A DNA stretch of 40,699 bases from a virus (lineage: Duplodnaviria > Caudoviricetes). The stretch is from the IMG/VR virus record IMGVR_UViG_3300020045_002641, positions 1-40,699 of that record. One strand, written 5' to 3'. Below are positions 33,550 to 40,699 of the stretch, one piece after another. Under the pieces are notes generated by a model. That model worked only from the letters and a program-made list of their open reading frames with translations, had not been told where the DNA came from and searched no databases. Every line of letters starts with the position of its first letter. The stretch's first letter is position 1. The translations under genes and the position numbers were made by a program.

Positions 33550-34373
33550 CAGTCCTTAACATTAAAGTAGAGCTCAGCGTATTTGTTACGCCATTCCTGC
33601 GGGGTTTTGTAGCGCTTGCCTTCGCCGACCTTCGAGCGTAGGTCAGCGTCACAGGCGGCCTTGGCTTCGGCGGGTAGGTCGGAGTAGCTGGTTCCAGTTC
33701 CTGCGTTACCGCCAGGACGGGCGCCAGATACCTTATCCACCGGGGCGGCTTTTGGTTCCTTCGGCGACATCACCGCGTCGACCTCAGCTGCTACGCGGTC
33801 CCAGAATGGCTTGCCGACCAGGTGCATCAACGAGGCGTCAGCACGCAGTTCAGCCCCAATGCCATCAGCAAGTGCGGTTCTGCGCTTATCAGTCCCGTAC
33901 CACGGATTCGCCGCCTGCCATTCCACGAACTCCGGCGGAATCGGCGGAAGCTTCGGCTGCGCCACAGTAATCTTCGGCGCTGGAGCCTCGACCTTCTGCA
34001 TCTCGACCAGTTGCTCCGTCAGATCAGCCACACCTTGATGGTCGCCGTTCTCACTAGCCGCGACCAGTTGCGCCTTGAGCTCTCGCTTCGCCGCGTCCAC
34101 TGCGCGCTGCGTCTGTACAGTGTGTTGCTCTTGCATGTCAGCGATAGCTTCCTGAGCTGCACGCAAAGCGACTTGAAGCTCTTGGTGTTGCTGGCGAACC
34201 GACGCGACTTCCGACTGCAATCGCTCGTTATTTTTCTGGAGAATCGGCATGATATGCTTGCCCTTCTCCACAAAAGTCTCCGCATCCACCCAGCGTTCTT
34301 GATCACCACGAAACTCCTCCGCAGGAACCCACCCAAGCACTCTGGCTTGTGCTTCAATCGGCACATCAGACAT
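33549..34373 (-). CDS. Scaffolding protein
   Basis: A...GW.P.EEF.G....W.DA.TF; coiled coil; W...NPW.G. Confidence 0.78.
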   Translation of the reverse strand: MSDVPIEAQARVLGWVPAEEFRGDQERWVDAETFVEKGKHIMPILQKNNERLQSEVASVRQQHQELQVALRAAQEAIADMQEQHTVQTQRAVDAAKRELKAQLVAASENGDHQGVADLTEQLVEMQKVEAPAPKITVAQPKLPPIPPEFVEWQAANPWYGTDKRRTALADGIGAELRADASLMHLVGKPFWDRVAAEVDAVMSPKEPKAAPVDKVSGARPGGNAGTGTSYSDLPAEAKAACDADLRSKVGEGKRYKTPQEWRNKYAELYFNVKD

Positions 34374-34692
34374 CTGAACACTCCTCAGTTATACGACAAA
34401 AAATATCTCGATCATTCACCAGGCGGTAAGTTTCGCCATCCGCCGGACCCTTAGCCATGAACCCAGCGAACTTAGTCACGAAGACCTTGTCGCCCGGTAC
34501 GGCTCTGTGCTCCCGTTCGTCTGACCACGCATCGTTACCGAGCGCAATGACAATAGCCCGATTCTCCAGCATCGCACCGCGTTCCTGTACAGAATCCGGC
34601 AGGGCGATCAAGCCCTTCTTGCGCTCCGGCTCATACGCCTGAATCAACACGGCCTTACCCCTCGGTTCCAGTCCACTCTTGTTTTGCATCAT
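34366..34692 (-). CDS. groES: Co-chaperonin GroES (Cpn10) homolog
   Basis: LEPRGKAVLI...KKGLIALP...VIALG...GDKVFVTKFAG...YRLVNDRDI. Confidence 0.9.
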   Translation of the reverse strand: MMQNKSGLEPRGKAVLIQAYEPERKKGLIALPDSVQERGAMLENRAIVIALGNDAWSDEREHRAVPGDKVFVTKFAGFMAKGPADGETYRLVNDRDIFCRITEECSDV

Positions 34693-34921
34693 CTTCCTCT
34701 GCTATAACTAAATAGTCCAGTTCCTGGACAAATTGATAAACACTGCAAGCACCGGTGGCGCCTGCGTTCTTTACTGCCATCTCAATATCAAACGTGCCGG
34801 TAAAGGCGCCACTAGCCCATAGCTCCATCAGCTCCATCCGTTGGGCCTTCGCCCATGCCCTGAGTTGCTGTGTCGCCGGTAGCTCCAGCCATGCCGTCCA
34901 TTCCTCTGAGGTCACTGCCAC
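34655..34921 (-). CDS. Hypothetical protein
   Basis: EEW.AW...P.T motif typical of small genes after a portal; overlaps the portal 3' end. Confidence 0.7.
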   Translation of the reverse strand: MAVTSEEWTAWLELPATQQLRAWAKAQRMELMELWASGAFTGTFDIEMAVKNAGATGACSVYQFVQELDYLVIAEEDDAKQEWTGTEG

Positions 34922-36890
34922 GTTCCATTCCTTTCATAACTACGTCAGCTTGCTTAGCTAGGGTATCACTGTGCTGCTTCAGCGCACTGATGTACGTCTG
35001 GAACGCAGCAATCTTATGCCCTTCCTTAACTCCGCCAGCTTCTTCCAATGCCAGCGCTGCATCCGCCATCAACTTTGTAATCTTCGCATTGTTGACGCGC
35101 GCTTGCTCTTGCAACTGTTGCACAAACATCATCTGCTTGAGCTCCAGGTCTTGTGCTTTGATCTTGACGAGTTCCATCTTCGGATCGGACGGCGAGCCGG
35201 TCTTGTCAGGTCCTGGGTATATCGCCTCTACGCCTTCGACGTGTAAGGCGCGGAGGAACCTACGCTCTACCGCCTGGCGGTCATAGCCCGGCACACTCAT
35301 AGAAGCGTCACGAAGCATTTGCGCCTGAACCACCTGCATATGATCGCTGGTAATGCTCGGATCAGCCGACGGTACGCAGAGTTCCGGGTTGTGCAGATAG
35401 TCTTCACGATCCGCCATCGGCCCGGTCTCTGGTAGGAACTTACCGTTCAGGATGTACAATTTCCTGAACTCTTCCTTCTCCGCCCGCCAGACACGCTTGA
35501 AGATCGAGGAGTAGATTTTCTGTCCCATCTCGATCATCGCCTGGGATGTAGCGGCTGGGGTATTCTGCCCTGGGTTCTCGCCCACCATCATCTCAGTCGT
35601 ACCAGCCACGCGATTCGAGTACTGGATCAGCAGCGACAGCAGCTGAAACAGCACCATCGACGGCTCTCTTACCGGCAGGGGGAATACCGACTTACGAAGA
35701 TCGTCGCCGGTACTGTCCACACGATTCCAGCCAAAGGGTGAGAACTGATATACACCACCTCTGATCTTCGCTCCACGAGCGAGGAAACCGCCAGCTGTAT
35801 TAGCCATTGTACCGGCGTCGATAAGCTGATTAACCAAGCTATTGACTGACTCATTGAGTGGCCCTAGGAACACACCGAAACCGATGTCGTAGATTCCGCC
35901 GTCAGGTGAAGGGATGAAAGAGAACTTGGTGAAGTACTCTCCCGCCTTGATACTAGCGATGCGCCCGCGATGCTGACCGGACTGGATCTTCTCCATATCA
36001 TCCACATCGAAGCTAGCTACAATGCGCAAGACACAGCCGGATTGTTCCTCAAATGTAACGATGTAGGGCTCTTCGTAACCGTCGCCGTCCAGGTCCAGCC
36101 GACAGTGCTGCTCACGTATGGCCAATTCAGTGGTCTGATCCGCCTGCGGCATGGTCTTGCCCTGGCGGTTATCGGCGAATTGCTGGCGGTCCTCGTACCG
36201 CACTAGTGGAGTAGTGTGATACCAGGGCTCCTCGCGAATATCCCTGAACACCCCCCGCATGATCTTCTCGTGAATCTCATTCCGCTGCATTGGGACGATA
36301 TGGGTCTTACGACTGCAGTCCTCCACAGACTTAGCCCAATAATTCAAGACCAGGTCCTTCGCCATCACCATCTCAGAGACGTTATGCCCCAAGGCGCTGC
36401 TGTAGTAGGTCTTCTTGAAACACGTTCCGATGATCGACAGGTTAAACAGCAGGCGGTCTGTCTGCTCCTCCCAGGCGGTATCCTCTTCCAGCACCTGATA
36501 CGACATGTGGGAAGAGATCTTCTGCGCATGCACCGTCTGCTCGCCTGTCGGATCTTCGCCGACAACGCGGTACTTTACTATATCAGTCCCATTCACAATA
36601 CTAGGATACGCCCGCGCATGAAACTGCATCGCCGCCACTGTCACCAGCGGAAACGCTACGCTAGAACACCCTGGCCAGGGGAAGGACTTGTCCTTCTGGA
36701 CTTGCAGTGCCAGGTCCATCCCGGCCTCGTTCCGCCGAAGCCAATCACGGCGAGAGTTAACATCCTGCAGATATCCTGCGCGGCAGTACTCCCCAATCGC
36801 GTCAAGGTCCTTCAGGGAAAACTTATCACACAGATTCACAGCGCCGATCGCGGCGTCCGTCAAGGAAATTGTAGAGTCGAGATTCAGCAT
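34812..36890 (-). CDS. Portal protein
   Basis: K.FPWPG.S.V.FPL...A.QF.ARAY; LD.DGYEEPYIVT; Y..GFG..L; NQLIDAGT..N..GGF; LP..EPS.VLFQLL. Confidence 0.92.
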   Translation of the reverse strand: MLNLDSTISLTDAAIGAVNLCDKFSLKDLDAIGEYCRAGYLQDVNSRRDWLRRNEAGMDLALQVQKDKSFPWPGCSSVAFPLVTVAAMQFHARAYPSIVNGTDIVKYRVVGEDPTGEQTVHAQKISSHMSYQVLEEDTAWEEQTDRLLFNLSIIGTCFKKTYYSSALGHNVSEMVMAKDLVLNYWAKSVEDCSRKTHIVPMQRNEIHEKIMRGVFRDIREEPWYHTTPLVRYEDRQQFADNRQGKTMPQADQTTELAIREQHCRLDLDGDGYEEPYIVTFEEQSGCVLRIVASFDVDDMEKIQSGQHRGRIASIKAGEYFTKFSFIPSPDGGIYDIGFGVFLGPLNESVNSLVNQLIDAGTMANTAGGFLARGAKIRGGVYQFSPFGWNRVDSTGDDLRKSVFPLPVREPSMVLFQLLSLLIQYSNRVAGTTEMMVGENPGQNTPAATSQAMIEMGQKIYSSIFKRVWRAEKEEFRKLYILNGKFLPETGPMADREDYLHNPELCVPSADPSITSDHMQVVQAQMLRDASMSVPGYDRQAVERRFLRALHVEGVEAIYPGPDKTGSPSDPKMELVKIKAQDLELKQMMFVQQLQEQARVNNAKITKLMADAALALEEAGGVKEGHKIAAFQTYISALKQHSDTLAKQADVVMKGMERGSDLRGMDGMAGATGDTATQGMGEGPTDGADGAMG

Positions 36891-38348
36891 TTAGTATCCA
36901 GTAACAAGAGAGCGTCCTGCGTTTTTGGTTGGAACATGGCTCAGCCAATCCAGTTCCTCGTCATCCATCAAGTCTTCAACTTCCACGTGCAAAAAGTCGT
37001 CGTATCCGCGAGAAAGTAAGGCGGCGCTGTCGAACTGATCGTCCAAGGTGGCCTGTGCCGTACCTGTAAAACGGAGCAATTCCTGTTCAAACCCAGGGTA
37101 CCACTCAGCCTTCTTATCGAAGCGGCAACCGCCTGAACGCATCCGACGCTGGAGCGAGCGCCCACGAGTACCCTTGTCTTTTACAGGAAGAATCGCCTCG
37201 AAGTTTATCCGCATATCGCGGACTTGCATCTCACGATACACCATAGACTTGATCGACTTCCATATCACCCCATCCTCGACCCAGAAGACATCGGGATTCC
37301 ATCGCGCCTGAATCTCGAACATCACCTCGATCCACTCGGACGTTTCCCAGCGACCTACTCGCTGATCCAGGAAGTGTAGGTGGTTTGCAAGATCTTTGCC
37401 GCCGATGCTGAAAGATGTGCGGTTAGCTCTGTCGGCACGCGAGACTGCGAAGTCGGCGGCAGCACAGACGATCTTGTCGGAGTCGTAGTCGTCCTCCGAC
37501 ATCGGCAGGAAGTCATCCCGCTTGAGGAAGGCGTCACTGTGATCCAGGGGATTATTGAGGAATTCCTGGGAGTAGCCAGCCGCATCCCCGTCCTCAATGA
37601 ACTCCTGCTGACGGTAACGTAAACGCGATTCAGGCCACTGTTCTGGCCAGAGAATTCCTGAAAAATCATCAAAACTTTCATGCGCTGCGAAGAATAAATG
37701 TTTCCATGTTTTGTTACGGCGCAGGCGGGATAGCAGGGAATCCTCGTGCAAGACAGTACCGTGTACCCGGACCTTACCGGTCTTGGATAGAGCCTGCTTA
37801 GCGGCGCGGAAGAACCACCGGCGGAACTTCGCCCGGCGATCGCCATTCTCAACCTGCTCATCGTCTTCCATGTCGTCGCAGACGAGGAGATTAGGGCGTT
37901 TCCCCTTCCACATGCGACCGCGGATTCGCTGCTCAGCTCCTCGGCACAGAATGCGGAACCTGTGGCCGCCTTCCAGCTTCACAATGATGTCAGTCTTCGT
38001 GTCCTGCTCGAAACCCTTAACTCCGAACGCTGAGATCAAGTCTTCGTTAGTCCGGAGTTCCTCTGCGATGTTGGTGAGCTGCTCCGCTGCCAAGTCCTCG
38101 GTTGAAGATATCAGAATAATATAGTCTGATATTTTAAACAGAGCCTCTGCAAGGATGTAAACAAAGGTAAGGCTTGTAGACTTCGCGTGTTCGCGAGGCG
38201 CTATGCACATTACCTGCGGGTGCTGGGACGCGTACATCTCCCAAGCTACGCGGTGGAATGCCGGCGTCGGACTGGCGTTATCGTACCGTGGGCTCAGGAA
38301 TGAGCCGGCGAACGCTTCAATCAGATCGGCGGATAGCTCAACACTCAT
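36891..38348 (-). CDS. terL: Terminase large subunit
   Basis: Walker A APREHAKST, IRG, Walker B LVCDDME, GTVLH, QEF.N.P, nuclease AADFA...DDQFD; start MSVELS at 38348 by ATGA overlap. Confidence 0.93.
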   Translation of the reverse strand: MSVELSADLIEAFAGSFLSPRYDNASPTPAFHRVAWEMYASQHPQVMCIAPREHAKSTSLTFVYILAEALFKISDYIILISSTEDLAAEQLTNIAEELRTNEDLISAFGVKGFEQDTKTDIIVKLEGGHRFRILCRGAEQRIRGRMWKGKRPNLLVCDDMEDDEQVENGDRRAKFRRWFFRAAKQALSKTGKVRVHGTVLHEDSLLSRLRRNKTWKHLFFAAHESFDDFSGILWPEQWPESRLRYRQQEFIEDGDAAGYSQEFLNNPLDHSDAFLKRDDFLPMSEDDYDSDKIVCAAADFAVSRADRANRTSFSIGGKDLANHLHFLDQRVGRWETSEWIEVMFEIQARWNPDVFWVEDGVIWKSIKSMVYREMQVRDMRINFEAILPVKDKGTRGRSLQRRMRSGGCRFDKKAEWYPGFEQELLRFTGTAQATLDDQFDSAALLSRGYDDFLHVEVEDLMDDEELDWLSHVPTKNAGRSLVTGY

Positions 38349-38749
38349 CAGTGTGTACCGTAGTTGAAGCCGGTTGCCTGGCCAAGGTTCGGACCGGTTA
38401 CGCCTGCTGCACTGGTCTTGTCTGACTGTACTCGCAAGAGGATGGCGAAGCGCCCGTTTAGCTTGAAACCGAGTCCAGTCTGCAACATGGCTTTCTTGTC
38501 TGACGCGGATGACCACCGCACCGAAGCGAAGAGCCCAAACGGCCAGCAAAGGCGCAAGAAGAATATTCCGTTGTAGAACAGACTCTGCTCGCCCACGCGT
38601 TCCGGCGTCCAGCACCACTCGCCATCCCGCTTGAAACCCCACACGAAGCCGGCGGATTGCATACTATCCTGGGCAACTGTAAGCAGGTTGCCAAGCTTCC
38701 ACATAAGCCAAGGTTCGCCCTCGTGCCGCTCTTCTATGATCTTGTTCAT
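38348..38749 (-). CDS. Hypothetical protein
   Basis: GGAGG RBS before MNKIIEE; coupled on both sides. Confidence 0.7.
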   Translation of the reverse strand: MNKIIEERHEGEPWLMWKLGNLLTVAQDSMQSAGFVWGFKRDGEWCWTPERVGEQSLFYNGIFFLRLCWPFGLFASVRWSSASDKKAMLQTGLGFKLNGRFAILLRVQSDKTSAAGVTGPNLGQATGFNYGTH

Positions 38750-39240
38750 ACGGCCTCCAGGGTGGTGATATGTGCTCCACGTTCCAGAACCTCGCGGACT
38801 ACGTCTGATGGTACTGCGCGACTGTGTAATCGCACTCCAGCACAACGGTAGATAGACTGTACCAGCTCGGCGCATTCCCACGCTTGCGGATTTGTATTAT
38901 GTCCGAAGAATGCCTTTACTGCTTCCCACTCGCTGTAACAGCCACTACCAACCAGGCCCAGGGCGTATTCCCGGGTTTGCTCCGTCCACTGCAGGCCCGT
39001 CGGCGCCCAATAACAGGGTAGCAGATTGCGCAACGGAACGATGCGGACGAGGGGCTTGACTGACTCTACCACCCACACCCGGCCACCGAAGACCATTGCT
39101 ACGCCCACGTGGCTGTACTCGCTACGTGTAAAGAGCCGCACTAGCTGGACCTTGATGTCCTTCCAGGTACTCCAGCCCCGATGCGACCAGGCCAATAGGT
39201 CTCCGTTCTTGATCTTGCTGCGGGCGTCAAGGTAGTTCAT
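38746..39240 (-). CDS. Permuted papain-like NlpC/P60 (YiiX/YebB-like) enzyme
   Basis: GDLL...R.FTRSEYSHVG (His first)...Y...ECAELV (Cys late). Confidence 0.82.
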   Translation of the reverse strand: MNYLDARSKIKNGDLLAWSHRGWSTWKDIKVQLVRLFTRSEYSHVGVAMVFGGRVWVVESVKPLVRIVPLRNLLPCYWAPTGLQWTEQTREYALGLVGSGCYSEWEAVKAFFGHNTNPQAWECAELVQSIYRCAGVRLHSRAVPSDVVREVLERGAHITTLEAV

Positions 39241-39311
39241 AGGAACGTAATCCAGATCACCGCCAGCACAGCGCCGGCGAATACGAGAAGGGATGCGCTG
39301 GTCAGGGTCAC
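39237..39311 (-). CDS. 24-aa hydrophobic peptide (not in ORF track)
   Basis: MTLTSASLLVFAGAVLAVIWITFL; GTGA and ATGA overlaps with both neighbours. Confidence 0.55.
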   Translation of the reverse strand: MTLTSASLLVFAGAVLAVIWITFL

Positions 39312-39790
39312 AGCGTACTAGCAAAAACGAATAGTTGATCCATGTCTTCTTCCGACATCCCAAACGCTGGGGCAAGGGCCAAGATGAGTTGGTTTGTCCG
39401 AAGTACGCTGTTGCTGTACTCCCACTCGATCTGTGCGGCTTCTTTCTGCGGGCTAGGCATGGCGGCGATAGCGGCCTCGACTATTGCCAGCTTTCCTGCC
39501 TGCAACAGCGCTAGGCGGGCTTGTCGCATCGTGACTTCATGGGGGATAACAGGCACAACAGGCGGGAGGTCATTCACCTGCCACTGCTCAGTCCATGTGC
39601 CGTCAAGTTCAGCGGGAGGCAGGGGCGTGATGTACTGCGTCGCCGGGTCGTAAGTCGGGCGAGAGGGATAGACCTTCTCATAGCCGATGTCTGAGAGATC
39701 AGCCCCGTCTGGGATGCTCATATTCGGGTGCTGATAGCGAATGGTGCCCAAGTCGGACACCTGCATAGACGTTGTGTTGATGTATTTCAT
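39308..39790 (-). CDS. Tail fibre assembly/chaperone-like protein
   Basis: P.YDP.TQ...W.EQW.V; VP..VTMRQARLAL...IEWEY...DQLF..A..L; follows a fibre gene. Confidence 0.72.
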   Translation of the reverse strand: MKYINTTSMQVSDLGTIRYQHPNMSIPDGADLSDIGYEKVYPSRPTYDPATQYITPLPPAELDGTWTEQWQVNDLPPVVPVIPHEVTMRQARLALLQAGKLAIVEAAIAAMPSPQKEAAQIEWEYSNSVLRTNQLILALAPAFGMSEEDMDQLFVFASTL

Positions 39791-39799
39791 GAGGTGTCC

Positions 39800-40699
39800 T
39801 TACGAATTAGGGAATGCTTGTGTTGGAGGGGTGAAAGCCACTGTGTATCGGGCGATTCCCGCAGTGACGCGCAGCTCATCGATATTCCCGACGAAGGGGT
39901 ACGAATTGCCCCAGTAACTCCAACCCACGGCAAAGTCTGTCGCGGTTAAATTCGTTGTGACAGTAGCTGTCGCCACCAACACCCCGTTGATGAATTTACG
40001 CACCGTGCCCGATTCTCGCGTGACAGCGATGTGCTGCCACGAACCGTCAGCGGTGCCTGCGGCATCCGCACTAGACGATCCGTTAATATATGCTCGGAAC
40101 AGGCCAGAACCGTTTCCGTACATAATCGCGACGCCCCCCGCGTAGCTGCTTATCCCTGTGGCAAACACGATCTCCCCGGAGGACGCAGTTGTTTTAACCC
40201 ACGCCTCGATAGTGAAGTCGCCTGTTCCGAACGCCAGCGCAGCGCACGTTCCGGTGATTTTGTTCCCGGATGCAAACAAGGCGGAAGCGGTGCCAAACTT
40301 GGGTGATGTGGTCGATGTGGTCGCTCCGGTTACGGTAAGCGCGGTTCCCTTCTCGTCGGTGAACGTAGTGCCCCCGTTCGTGCCGTCCATACGAAGCAGC
40401 AGAGCGACGTTGGAGTAGAACGGGTCGTAAGTGGGCGCGGAGTTGGGAAATGCCGCAGTGGGTGGGGTGAAGTTAGCCGTGTAGCGGGCGATGCCTTTGG
40501 TGATGCGGAGTTCGTCGATGTAGCCATACCACCTATTAGTTCCGCTCGAGTTTTCCGCCCCGATGTAAAACGCTTTTGTTATGCTGGCAGAGGAAGTTAT
40601 CGTCCCTACGCTAACCCCGTTATCGTATAAAGTAATTGTGCTGCCTACGCGAACCATAGCTATGTGGTGCCATGTATTTGTCGTCGCGGTTCCTGCAAT
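39800..40699 (-). CDS. LamG/concanavalin A-like lectin domain virion protein (5' truncated; tandem domains)
   Basis: W.HIA..R.G...; G.IDELR.T.GIARY...FTPPT.AFPNS twice; DFTIEAW; frame stays open to the window end. Confidence 0.88.
   Translation of the reverse strand: MAGTATTNTWHHIAMVRVGSTITLYDNGVSVGTITSSASITKAFYIGAENSSGTNRWYGYIDELRITKGIARYTANFTPPTAAFPNSAPTYDPFYSNVALLLRMDGTNGGTTFTDEKGTALTVTGATTSTTSPKFGTASALFASGNKITGTCAALAFGTGDFTIEAWVKTTASSGEIVFATGISSYAGGVAIMYGNGSGLFRAYINGSSSADAAGTADGSWQHIAVTRESGTVRKFINGVLVATATVTTNLTATDFAVGWSYWGNSYPFVGNIDELRVTAGIARYTVAFTPPTQAFPNS

Larger units (their letters stand above)
1..40699. mobile_element. Tailed bacteriophage genome (podovirus-like), near complete
   Basis: TerL, portal, scaffold, capsid, gp4/gp10-like tail proteins, ejection proteins, endolysin and DNA polymerase in two convergent arms; no tape measure or sheath; no host housekeeping genes. 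Confidence 0.96.

Noticed and set aside
36891-38642. 583-aa terminase start from the ORF track
   Set aside because: The extra N-terminus overlaps the upstream gene; ATG 38348 with ATGA coupling fits better
39800-40699. Diversity-generating retroelement TR/VR pair in the duplicated LamG ends
   Set aside because: Differences are not adenine-specific and no reverse transcriptase is present; this is an ordinary tandem domain duplication
1-40699. Genome-wide stop-codon reassignment, tRNA genes, integrase/lysogeny module
   Set aside because: Core genes are intact under the standard code and end in all three stops; no cloverleaf, integrase or CI-like repressor was recognised by eye (they could lie outside the window)

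Overview
Near-complete genome of a tailed phage with a podovirus-like (P22-type tail machine) architecture, probably infecting a proteobacterium (inference). It has two convergent arms. The + strand (~990-16925) carries small early genes, then a Cas4-like exonuclease, a Sak4/AAA_24-like ATPase, DUF3310, an SSB-like protein, a ParB-methyltransferase fusion, a UDG-fused family A DNA polymerase, an HNH endonuclease and a DUF3987-like ATPase. The - strand (40699->16984) carries a LamG fibre, a permuted NlpC/P60 enzyme, TerL, portal, GroES, scaffold, major capsid, gp4/gp10-like tail proteins, ejection proteins (one with an ADP-ribosyltransferase-like insert), tail fibres and a lysis cassette. No integrase, repressor, primase or small terminase is recognisable in the window. 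Most unusual signals: (1) an integron-like attC cassette array at ~4020-5090 with no integrase, where the attC sites are canonical on the minus strand but the cargo genes face the opposite way; (2) a mirror-image set of paralogous early genes at 1-820 sharing a 171-bp near-perfect inverted repeat; (3) a pseudoknotted structured-RNA candidate at 6229-6460; (4) a conserved 30-nt palindrome at two transcript ends; (5) non-canonical PolA and UDG active-site residues. All family assignments are by motif recognition by eye; no database search was run.
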